Positions 8,554 through 17,167 of a stretch of DNA of 48,799 nt are shown here, piece by piece. Each line of letters begins with the position of its first letter. The stretch's first letter is position 1. The notes beneath the pieces are model-generated. The model searched no databases. It was not told the DNA's origin and saw only the letters and a list, made by a program, of their open reading frames with translations. The translations under genes and the position numbers were made by a program. This DNA comes from Deltaproteobacteria bacterium. GTDB taxonomy: Bacteria > Myxococcota > JACRCW01. The DNA lies in contig JACRCW010000013.1 of assembly GCA_016218805.1 (NCBI GenBank), positions 1-48,799 of the forward strand, given 5' to 3'.

Positions 8554-10234
8554 ACGGGCCGCACGCGCGCCCTGGTGGATGGTCCTGCTGCTTGCGCTCG
8601 CCGCGGCGGCGCCGGCACAGGCCGGACGGACGGTGAAGACGGAGGTGCGGTTTGTCCATCCGGAGGCGGTGTACCTGGGAGCCGGGCGCGAGGACGGGCT
8701 GCGGCCCGGCCAGATTGGTGAGGTGATCCGGCAGGGCCGCCGCGTGGCGCGCGTCCGCATTGAAGCCGTTGCCGCGCACCGCGCCATGGCCGCGCCTGAG
8801 GGGGATTTCCGCGCGCGCCGGGGTGACGTGGTGCGCATCACGGACGCCGCGCCACCGCCGGCGCCGCGCGCTGCTGCTCCGCCCGGGGCCGGGCCGGGGC
8901 GTGCGCCCGCGCCTGCCCGCGTGGCAGCCGCCGGCATCCCGTTCCCCCTGGTGCGTGACCGCGCGCGCCCGGGGCGGCCGTGGCGACGGCGCGCGCAGGC
9001 ATTCCTGTCCACGGACGGCTGGGCGTACCTGGGCGGGAGCCAGCCGGCCGTGACCGGGCGCGCCCGCCTGCTGCTGCGCATGGACCTCCCGCTGGACAGC
9101 CGGGACCGCCTGCACGCCACGGTGCACGCGCACCTGGTGACGCAACCGCTGGTGCTGGAAGGCGGCGCGCTGCAGCCCGCCAGCGTGTTCTGGACGGAAG
9201 TCTACGAAGCCGCGCTGGCCTGGCGCCCCGGCGGGGGCGTGGAGCTGGGCGCCGGGCGCGCGCCCGCACCCGGGCTTCGCTACGGGCTGGTGGACGGGAT
9301 CTTTGTGGGTTGGCGGTTCCATGACGCGCTGGCGCTGCGCGTGTCCGTGGGCGAGCGCGCCGACCTGGTGACGCTGCTGCCCGGGCTGGAGCGCCCGGTG
9401 CTGGCCGGTTCCGCCGACGGCGTGGTCCGCGGTGGTTGGGGCGCGCTGGGCTACCGGGCCGCGCTGTCCTGGCTGGGGCGGGACGTGGTGGCGGTGGAGG
9501 GAGCGGAGGCCTCCGGGCACTTCCTGCTGGAGCTGGCGCGCCTGCTGTGGGTGGACGGGGATGTGGCGGCGGTGGCGTGGGTGCCCCGCGGCGGCGCGCT
9601 GCCGGGGGTGACGTTGGAGCGGCTGGGCCTGGCGGCCACCGCGCGGCAGGGGCCGCTGTCCGTACGCGGCTATGGGCGCCGCCACGCAAGCGCCGGCCTG
9701 ACGTCTGAGTTGTCACGCCCGCCCGCCGGGTACCTGCCCGGCCAGCCGTTCTTTGAAGTGGGCGCGTCCTCCAGCCTGGCGCTGGGAACGCGCTGGGCGG
9801 GCGCGGTGGAGCTGGATGCCGGCGGCGTCTGGGACCCGAGCCACGCGCGCGACCGCATCTACCTGGTGCCGCAGGTGCGCGGCCGGCTGCTCCCGTTGTG
9901 GAGCCTGAGCGCGCGCGCGGCCTACCGCGCCGAGTTGGGGTCCACGGGCGCGCAGCTGGCGTCCTTTGCGGTGGATGCGGAGCCGGTGGCCGGTGCGCGT
10001 GTGTCTTTGTGGCAGCAGGGGGGCGTGATCATTGTCCAGGACGGTCCCGCCCTGGAGGACGTGCTGGTGGACCGCGGCACGCGCCGCGTCCTGTGGACGT
10101 ACGCCTGGGCCGCCACCGCGGACTACCGGATGCTGGGCGTGCTGGTGACCGGGGTGCGCACGCGCGGCCTCTACGGCACGGCGGGCAAGGGCATTGAGCT
10201 GGGTGCCTTTGTGGGGACGGACCGCCTGCCGTGA
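8534..10234 (+). CDS. putative outer-membrane beta-barrel with N-terminal FlgT_C-like domain
   Basis: Signal peptide (VLLLALAAAAPAQA); VYLGAGREDGLRPGQ...VARVRIEAV resembles FlgT C-terminal domains; Pro/Ala linker followed by many amphipathic strands (VYEAALAWR, VELGAGR, VDGIFVGWRF, WSLSARAAYRAE); overlaps the cytochrome stop; alternative start ATG 8579. Confidence 0.6.
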   Translation: MACVVVERAARAPWWMVLLLALAAAAPAQAGRTVKTEVRFVHPEAVYLGAGREDGLRPGQIGEVIRQGRRVARVRIEAVAAHRAMAAPEGDFRARRGDVVRITDAAPPPAPRAAAPPGAGPGRAPAPARVAAAGIPFPLVRDRARPGRPWRRRAQAFLSTDGWAYLGGSQPAVTGRARLLLRMDLPLDSRDRLHATVHAHLVTQPLVLEGGALQPASVFWTEVYEAALAWRPGGGVELGAGRAPAPGLRYGLVDGIFVGWRFHDALALRVSVGERADLVTLLPGLERPVLAGSADGVVRGGWGALGYRAALSWLGRDVVAVEGAEASGHFLLELARLLWVDGDVAAVAWVPRGGALPGVTLERLGLAATARQGPLSVRGYGRRHASAGLTSELSRPPAGYLPGQPFFEVGASSSLALGTRWAGAVELDAGGVWDPSHARDRIYLVPQVRGRLLPLWSLSARAAYRAELGSTGAQLASFAVDAEPVAGARVSLWQQGGVIIVQDGPALEDVLVDRGTRRVLWTYAWAATADYRMLGVLVTGVRTRGLYGTAGKGIELGAFVGTDRLP

Positions 10235-10252
10235 CGCGGTGACCCGCGCGCC

Positions 10253-11017
10253 TCAACGGCCGCGCGGCCGGGCGGGCTTGCGGGCGGGCGGCGGGGCCTC
10301 CTCGGGCTCGTTCCCCACCACGTCGTCTTCGTCAAACTCCCGGGGCTCCGGGGCGCGGGCGGCGGCCTTGCGGGACCGCGGGGCCGGCGGCTGCTTCACC
10401 GCCGCATTGTGGCGCGCCACCACGTCCGCGGCCACGGCGTCATCCCACGCCCGGGACGCCGCGGCCGCGCGCAGCGTTTCCGGGTCCACGGCGTCCGGGC
10501 GGAACACCTGCCAGGCCCACGGCACGGCGGCCACCAGCAGCGTGAAGGTCCCCACCACCATGCCCGCCACGCCGCCAAACAGGATGAACAACGCCTCCGC
10601 AAACACGCGCCCCAGCACGGGCTGCTGCGCCGGCACCACCCGCGCCAGGGACAATCCCCACAGCGCACCACCCAGCACCGCCGCCACCCCGCCCCCCAAC
10701 AGCATGCCCCCCGCCACCACCAGGACGCCCACGCGGCCCACGTTATCCCGCAGGATGGTCAGCGGCTGGGCGGGAGGGCGCGCCAGCGCGGGGAGCCGCG
10801 CCTGCAGGCCCACGTCACGCAGCCCGTCACCTACCGTGACTTCCGTGCCGTCCGCCCGCAGCACGCGGGTCTCACGCCGCGTGCCGCCGTCCTCCGTGGG
10901 CACCTGGACGGCGGCCTTCTTCCACGGGCGCGCGGTGTCCGCGTGCGCGTGCGGGACAGCAAGGAGCAGCGCAACCAGCGCGGCGGCGGGCCGGGAAAGG
11001 CAGAGGTTGTGGGTCAT
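10253..11017 (-). CDS. hypothetical membrane protein
   Basis: Signal peptide (ALLLAVPHAHA), two Gly-rich TM helices, charged Pro-rich tail. Confidence 0.7.
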   Translation of the reverse strand: MTHNLCLSRPAAALVALLLAVPHAHADTARPWKKAAVQVPTEDGGTRRETRVLRADGTEVTVGDGLRDVGLQARLPALARPPAQPLTILRDNVGRVGVLVVAGGMLLGGGVAAVLGGALWGLSLARVVPAQQPVLGRVFAEALFILFGGVAGMVVGTFTLLVAAVPWAWQVFRPDAVDPETLRAAAASRAWDDAVAADVVARHNAAVKQPPAPRSRKAAARAPEPREFDEDDVVGNEPEEAPPPARKPARPRGR

Positions 11018-11097
11018 GTCGGCAGCGGATTTAGGGCGCCGCGCGCGCGCACGCGTCGGACGTCCGTCCGACCCGACACAGCGCGCCTGCGGCGGAC

Positions 11098-13881
11098 TCA
11101 GCCATCATGACAGGTGGCGCAGCCCGGGCTGGCGTAGGAGTTGAACCCGCCGCGCGCAATGTGGCGCAGCTCCTCCGTGGACTTCTTGTGCTTGTGGCAC
11201 TTGAGGCACGCGTACTGCTGCCAATCCACCGCCCACGGCTTGTCCGCCCGCATGGCCGTGTGCACCTGCGTGTTGCGCGCGCTGCCGGACCCGCTCTGCC
11301 CGTAGCACGCTGAGGACGCCAGGCAGGCGTCCAGGTCGCTGTGGCACTCGCGGCAGCTGGAGCCCTCATGGGAGGTGGAGAACGCGGAATGGCGGGACAC
11401 GCTGGGCGTGGTGCCCTCCGCGTGGCACGCCTTGCAGTCCGCGTTGGCGTCCACGTAGTCCCGCACGCGCCCGTGGCTGGACGCCGGCCGGCCCACGACG
11501 CTGGTGGGGACCTGGGCGTGGCATTCGCGGCAGTTGTTCTGCGTGCGGTCCGTCCGGCTGGCGTGGCACGCCGTGCACTGCGTCTGGTTGGCGCCCACCA
11601 TGGCCAGGTAGTTGGTGGACCCGTGCGCCGTGCCCGGCCCAATGGGGAACAGTGCGGCGTGGTCCATGGGCCCCACGCGTTCCGAATTGGGATGACACTG
11701 GTAGCAGGCCAGTGACGCGTTGGCGTACGCGGGAACGCCCGCGTGCAGCTGGTCCGGCGTGGGGTTGGTGTTCACCGTGGCGTTGTGACACTGCGCGCAT
11801 TGCAGGCCGTTCACGTCATTGCGCGGCCCGGCGCCGTGGCACCCCGAACACGCCACCGATCCGTGCGCGCTCCCCGTGGCGATGGGGAACTGCGTGTGCG
11901 CGATGTTGGCGGAGGCCTCGCCATTGGGGTGGCAGTCCAGGCAGGCGCTGCTGTTCCACGCGTACGAATCCACGCCCGTGTGGATGGCGGCCAGCCGGGG
12001 CTCGCCGTGCACGTCACGCGGGCCGGCGCCGTTGCCGTCATCCGTCTGCTGGTGGCAGCCGGTGCAACCCAACGTGCCGCGCGTGAAGTCCCCGGACACC
12101 GTGTGGCAGTCCGCACATGCCAGGGCGCCCCCGTTGCTGGCCAGCGCGTGGGTCCGGCCCGCACCAATGGGGAACCACGTGTGGTCCAGGCTGGTCAGCG
12201 CGGACTCCGCCGTCCCGTCGGTATGGCACGAGATGCACACGCGTGGGCTCCACACGTAACCCGGCAGGTTGCCGTGCACGTCGGCCAGGCGCGGCTCGCC
12301 GTGGACTTCGCGCGGATCCGCCGCGCTGGTGGCCTGGTGGCACGCGGTGCACTGCAGTGAACCCACCCGGTCCATCCGGGAAGCGTGGCAATCCACGCAC
12401 TGCAGCGCCTGGTGTTGCCCGTTCCCTGACGGCGGCAGCAGCGGCCAGATGGGCTCATGATCAAATGCGCCCGGCACCTGGGACGTCCGGTGGCAGCCAA
12501 AGCACGCGCTGGAATCAAACGAATAGCCGTGCCGGCTCATCTCCGGTCCGTGGTCCGCCGCGGACGTGGTGGAATCATGGCGGTGACAGGACACGCACGC
12601 CAATTGCCGCCGGTCCAGCTTGCTCACGTGGCACTCCGCGCAGCGCAGGCCGTCAACGCCCTGCGTGGTGGGGCTATCCAGCGCGTGCGTCTGTCCCCGC
12701 GCCACGGGGAAGAACGTGTGGTTCAACCGTTTCTGGCCGCCCAGGTGGCAGAACACGCACGCGGCGTTGTCCCAGGAATAGTCGGGAAACACGCCATGGG
12801 TCGGCTGCATCACGTCCCGCGCGTGCGCGTGGCAGCTGACGCAGGTGACATTCCGCTGGGACGCGGGGTCCTGGTGGCAGGTGGCGCACTCCACCGTGAC
12901 CGGGGGAATCGCATCCGCGGGGTCGTCGTCCAGGGGGCGGCCCAGCGCGTGGACGGCTCCCGCGCCAATGGGAAGGAACCGGTCATGCTCCATGACGCCG
13001 GGCACCTGCGAGCGCTGGTGGCACGCAAAGCACGCATTGGATTCCCACACGTAGCCCGCCACGGCGCCGGCCTGGTGCGCCGCGGCCATGGCCGCCTCGC
13101 CGTGCGCGTCCTGGCCGCCCACCGGCGTGTGGCAGTTGATGCACGCCAGCGCGCGGTGGTCCTGCCGGTTCTCATGACAGTCCGCGCACGTGGTGCCCAC
13201 CTCCCCGTGGCGCGTGCCCGGGCCAATGGGAAACGCCGGCTCGTGATCAAGCGCGCCGGGCACCTGGGACTGCGCGTGGCAGCCCAGGCACCCGGCCGTG
13301 TCCCACCGGTACCCCAGGTCCGCCATGTCCGTGCCGTGCACGGCCAGCATGGGCGCCACGTCGTGGTCCGGCTGCAGGTCGCCGTTGTCATCGCGGTGAC
13401 AGCCGGTGCAGGTCACCTGGCTGCGCGAACTGCCGGTGTGACACTCCGCGCACCCCAGCGCGCCGTGCGCCGTCCCGGTGGTGATGGGGAAGTACCCGTG
13501 TGAGTTCCGCGAGATTTCGCCGGCTTCGCCGCCCGGGTGGCAGCGCAGGCATGCGGGGGATTCCCACGTGTAGTCCGCGTTGCCCGCGTGCACGGCGTCC
13601 ATGCCCGCGCGCCCGTCCGGATCCACGCCGTCACGGCGGTGTTCGTGGCAGGACACGCAGCGGAATGCGGTGAATGATTCGCCGGTGCCGTGACAGGAAG
13701 CGCACGTCAGGGGGCCATCATGGGCGGTGCGCCCCAGCGCGTGCACGGCGTCGGACCCCACGGGGAACCAGCCGTGATCGGCAGGGCGCAGGCCCTCCAG
13801 GTCACTGGCTGCACGGGGCGTGCAAGCGGACAGGGCACAGAGAAGGACCGGCACGCAGCCGGCCACACGCGCGCGAATCAT
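11098..13881 (-). CDS. 30-heme multiheme cytochrome c lipoprotein (ten triheme repeats)
   Basis: 30 CxxCH counted; lipobox-like VLLCALSAC; repeat H-x-FPIxxGxxH...CxxCH...CxxCH...H...YxW-x4-CxxCH; start ATG 13881 or GTG 13896. Confidence 0.93.
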   Translation of the reverse strand: MIRARVAGCVPVLLCALSACTPRAASDLEGLRPADHGWFPVGSDAVHALGRTAHDGPLTCASCHGTGESFTAFRCVSCHEHRRDGVDPDGRAGMDAVHAGNADYTWESPACLRCHPGGEAGEISRNSHGYFPITTGTAHGALGCAECHTGSSRSQVTCTGCHRDDNGDLQPDHDVAPMLAVHGTDMADLGYRWDTAGCLGCHAQSQVPGALDHEPAFPIGPGTRHGEVGTTCADCHENRQDHRALACINCHTPVGGQDAHGEAAMAAAHQAGAVAGYVWESNACFACHQRSQVPGVMEHDRFLPIGAGAVHALGRPLDDDPADAIPPVTVECATCHQDPASQRNVTCVSCHAHARDVMQPTHGVFPDYSWDNAACVFCHLGGQKRLNHTFFPVARGQTHALDSPTTQGVDGLRCAECHVSKLDRRQLACVSCHRHDSTTSAADHGPEMSRHGYSFDSSACFGCHRTSQVPGAFDHEPIWPLLPPSGNGQHQALQCVDCHASRMDRVGSLQCTACHQATSAADPREVHGEPRLADVHGNLPGYVWSPRVCISCHTDGTAESALTSLDHTWFPIGAGRTHALASNGGALACADCHTVSGDFTRGTLGCTGCHQQTDDGNGAGPRDVHGEPRLAAIHTGVDSYAWNSSACLDCHPNGEASANIAHTQFPIATGSAHGSVACSGCHGAGPRNDVNGLQCAQCHNATVNTNPTPDQLHAGVPAYANASLACYQCHPNSERVGPMDHAALFPIGPGTAHGSTNYLAMVGANQTQCTACHASRTDRTQNNCRECHAQVPTSVVGRPASSHGRVRDYVDANADCKACHAEGTTPSVSRHSAFSTSHEGSSCRECHSDLDACLASSACYGQSGSGSARNTQVHTAMRADKPWAVDWQQYACLKCHKHKKSTEELRHIARGGFNSYASPGCATCHDG

Positions 13882-13979
13882 GCGTGGAAGCTCCACCAGG
13901 GTCAGTTTGGTGTGCGCACGCTAGCGGCCTGGGGAACGCCGGGATTCGGTCAACGGGCGGATGCCGCGCAACCGCGTTG

Positions 13980-16655
13980 TCAGCCGCGCGCCCAGCCTTT
14001 CCACGCTGCCAGCAGGTTGAGCGCCTGCAGCGGGGTCACGTTGTTCACGTCCACGGACTGCAACTCCGTCAGGATGCGCTGCAGCCGGGGATCCACCGCG
14101 GCGGCCTCCGCCGGCGCGCTCCCGTCATCAAACAGGCCAAGCTGCGGGGTGGTGCGCGCCTTTCTGAGCCGCGGGGACCGGGGCGCTTGCTCTTCCGCCG
14201 CCGCCCCGGTCTCCAGCCCCTGCAGCACGTCCCGCGCGCGGCGCAACACGCTCTCCGGGAGCCCCGCCAGCCGCGCCACCTGGATGCCGTAGGACCGCTC
14301 CGCCGGCCCTTCCAGGATCTTGCGGAGGAAGATGACGCGGTCCTCCCACTCCTTGGCTGCGGCGTGCACACTGCGGACGCGCGGCAGCTGCCGGCTCAGC
14401 TCGGTGAGCTCATGGTAGTGCGTGGCGAACAGCGCCCGCGCCTTCACCTGGTCATGCAGGTGCTCCACGATGGCCCACGCGAGCGCGAGCCCGTCGTACG
14501 TGCTGGTGCCGCGGCCGATCTCATCCAGCAGCACCAGGGACTGCGGCGTGGCGTCCCGCAGGATGCGCGATGTCTCCAGCATCTCCACCATGAACGTGGA
14601 TTGCCCGGAGAGAATGTCGTCGGACGCGCCCATGCGCGTGAAGATGCGGTCGGTCAGGGCCAGCTCCGCGCGGTCCGCGGGCACAAAGGACCCTGCCTGC
14701 GCCAGCACCTGCAGCAGCGCCACCATGCGCATGGCGGTGCTCTTGCCCGCCATGTTGGGGCCGGTGACCAGCAGGACCTGCCGCGCGTCGGCAGACAGGT
14801 GCATGTCGTTGGGGACAAACGGCTCACCCAGCTCGCGCTCGCGGGTCTCCAGCACCGGGTGGCGGCCTCCCTCAATCACCAGCGGCAGCCCGGGTGACGA
14901 TGACGGGTCCACCATCCGCGGGCGGACGTAGCGGCGCTGCTCGGCCACCTCCGCAAAGCCCATCAGCGCGTCCAGCCGCGCCACCTGGTCCGCCAACGCC
15001 AGCACCTGCGCCGCGCGCCCTGCCACCCGGGACCGCAGCGCCACAAACAGCTCCTCCTCCAGCGCCAGCCGCTGTTCCTCGGCGTGCGCCAGCTTCTCCT
15101 CCAGCTCTTTGAGTTCCGTGGTGAAGTACCGCTCGCCGTTGGCCACCGTCTGCTTGCGGATGTAGTGCGGCGGCACCTTGGCCAGGTGCGTCCGCGTCAC
15201 CTCCAGGAAATACCCAAACACCCGGCTGTACCCGACCTTGAGGCTGGGAATACCGGTCTTCTGCCGCTCTTCGGCTTCCAGCGCGGCCACGCGGTCGCGC
15301 GCGTTTTCGTGCAGGGAACGCAACTCATCCAGCCCGGCGTGGTACCCGGGCCGGATCACCCCGCCGTCGCGTGCCAGCGGCGGCGGGCGGTCCACCAGCG
15401 CGCCCGCCAGTTCATCCGCCAGTTCCTCCAGCGCGGACAGCCCCGCGCCGTGCGCGGCCACCGCGTCGTCGCGCGCCAGCGTCTCCTCCACCGCGGGCAG
15501 GGCCAGCAGGCTGTCCCGCACCGCGCCCAGGTCTTTGGGGGACGCCACGCCCGCCGCCGCGCGCGCCACCAGGCGCTCCAGGTCCGCCACGCGCGCCAGC
15601 TCCTCGCGCGCCTGCGCCCGCAATGACGGGCGCTGCAGGAACGCCTCCACCGCCCCGTGCCGCTCCTCCACCACCGCCAGCTGCCGTGACGGCGCCAGCA
15701 GCCAGGACGCCACGCGCCGGCTGCCCATCACGGTGACGGACGCATCCACCACGCTCAGCAGGCTCCCCGGGCGTTTGAGATCGCGCTGGGTGCGTACAAG
15801 CTCCAAATGCCCCACGGTGAGTTCGTCCAGCAGCAGCTGTTCCTCCAGCGCGTAGTGCGCCATGGCCCGCACGTGCGCCGTGGACGTCGGGGCCAGTTCG
15901 CGGACGTAGGACCACAGCCCGTGCGCCGCCGCGCGCGCAGCGCCGTCACCCGCCGCCGCGTCACCCAGTGCTTCGGGGAGATCCGTGCGCCACTCGTCGG
16001 GGTGCGTGCGCTCTTCCACGCGGCGCCCGCTGCGCGGCGCACCCAGCACGTCCGTGCGGGTGCCGGGCGGGAGGACCACCTCACGCGGATCACGGCGGGA
16101 CAGCTCCGCCAGCGCGTTGGCGCGGTCCGCCGCGGAGGTTGCCAGGAAGCTGCCGGAGGTCAGGTCCAGGAATGCCAGGCCCCAGCGCTCCCGCCCCGCC
16201 CCTGGACGAAGCGCCGCCACGTAGGACGCCGCGCGCGCGTCCAGGCTCTCATCGTCCAGCACCGTGCCCGGCGTGACCACGCGCGTGATGCCCCGCTTCA
16301 CAATCCCCTTGGCAACCTTGGGGTCCTCCAACTGGTCGCACACGGAGACCTTGAGTCCCGCGGCAATCAGGCGCGCCAGGTTGGGTGCCAGCGCGTGCAC
16401 GGGGAAGCCCGCCATCGGCACCGCGTCGTCGCCCTTGTCCTTGTCACGCGTCGTCAGCGTGAGGTCCAGCACCTGCGCACACCGCCGTGCGTCGTCGTGG
16501 AACGTCTCGTAGAAGTCCCCCATGTGGAACAGCAGCAGTGCGTCGGGGTGCTGCTCCTTGGCCTCAAAGTACTGCCGCATCATGGGCGACAGGTTGGCGG
16601 CGGCGATGGGCGCGCGCGGAGCGGGCGTGGGCGGGTCAGCCGTGGTGCTCGTCAT
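13980..16655 (-). CDS. mutS: DNA mismatch repair protein MutS
   Basis: SPMMRQY, GDFYETF mismatch-binding motif, TGPNMAGKST Walker A, STFMVEM, LLDEIGRGT, SYGIQVA, QLGLF clamp motif. Confidence 0.98.
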   Translation of the reverse strand: MTSTTADPPTPAPRAPIAAANLSPMMRQYFEAKEQHPDALLLFHMGDFYETFHDDARRCAQVLDLTLTTRDKDKGDDAVPMAGFPVHALAPNLARLIAAGLKVSVCDQLEDPKVAKGIVKRGITRVVTPGTVLDDESLDARAASYVAALRPGAGRERWGLAFLDLTSGSFLATSAADRANALAELSRRDPREVVLPPGTRTDVLGAPRSGRRVEERTHPDEWRTDLPEALGDAAAGDGAARAAAHGLWSYVRELAPTSTAHVRAMAHYALEEQLLLDELTVGHLELVRTQRDLKRPGSLLSVVDASVTVMGSRRVASWLLAPSRQLAVVEERHGAVEAFLQRPSLRAQAREELARVADLERLVARAAAGVASPKDLGAVRDSLLALPAVEETLARDDAVAAHGAGLSALEELADELAGALVDRPPPLARDGGVIRPGYHAGLDELRSLHENARDRVAALEAEERQKTGIPSLKVGYSRVFGYFLEVTRTHLAKVPPHYIRKQTVANGERYFTTELKELEEKLAHAEEQRLALEEELFVALRSRVAGRAAQVLALADQVARLDALMGFAEVAEQRRYVRPRMVDPSSSPGLPLVIEGGRHPVLETRERELGEPFVPNDMHLSADARQVLLVTGPNMAGKSTAMRMVALLQVLAQAGSFVPADRAELALTDRIFTRMGASDDILSGQSTFMVEMLETSRILRDATPQSLVLLDEIGRGTSTYDGLALAWAIVEHLHDQVKARALFATHYHELTELSRQLPRVRSVHAAAKEWEDRVIFLRKILEGPAERSYGIQVARLAGLPESVLRRARDVLQGLETGAAAEEQAPRSPRLRKARTTPQLGLFDDGSAPAEAAAVDPRLQRILTELQSVDVNNVTPLQALNLLAAWKGWARG

Positions 16656-16711
16656 GGGGCGGCGGTTCTGCCACGCGGCGCACGCGATGAAAACCGCCTA
16701 GAGTCATCCGC

Positions 16712-17158
16712 ATGACGGGTCCGCGCCGGTCCCAGGGTTCCACTGCCACGCCCCTGGCCGTGCCGGTTGCGGACGCCGGCCCCACCGCCGGCCCGGCGGA
16801 TTGGCGCGAAGTCCCCGGACCGCGCCAGGACGCGCCGGGATTCACCAAGCAGTGGTTCTGCCATCCGCGCGCGGAGTTGTTCGTCTGGCGGGATGCGGAC
16901 GGCCGGGTGGGCGCGTTCCAGTTCTGTTTTGTGGATGACAACGACGCGGAGCAGATGGTTGCGTGGGACCGCGCCAAGGCCGGTGCCGTGCAAGGGCGCG
17001 TGGACTCCGGGGAGAGCACGCCCACGGCCAACCGCAGCCCCATCCTGCGCGAAGACACCTCCGGCCCGCGCACCCCCGCGCGTGACCGCTGGGCCGCGGT
17101 GCGCGACGGCCTGCCTCCGGACCTGGTGAGCGCCGTGGAGAGCGCGCTGGGCTGGTAG
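16712..17158 (+). CDS. conserved-looking hypothetical protein (148 aa)
   Basis: Divergent from mutS; non-repetitive aromatic-rich core (RQD...KQWF...LFVW...FQFCF...W...RVDSGE...SPIL); TAGAGT 7 nt before the ATG. Confidence 0.7.
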   Translation: MTGPRRSQGSTATPLAVPVADAGPTAGPADWREVPGPRQDAPGFTKQWFCHPRAELFVWRDADGRVGAFQFCFVDDNDAEQMVAWDRAKAGAVQGRVDSGESTPTANRSPILREDTSGPRTPARDRWAAVRDGLPPDLVSAVESALGW

Positions 17159-17167
17159 CGGGCACGG

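Noticed and set aside
5950..13964. GCATCCGCCC and TTGACCG found upstream of both cytochrome genes (5950..5986 and 13947..13964)
   Set aside because: Spacing between the two words differs, neither is a proper FNR/CRP palindrome, and such matches are plausible by chance in GC-rich DNA
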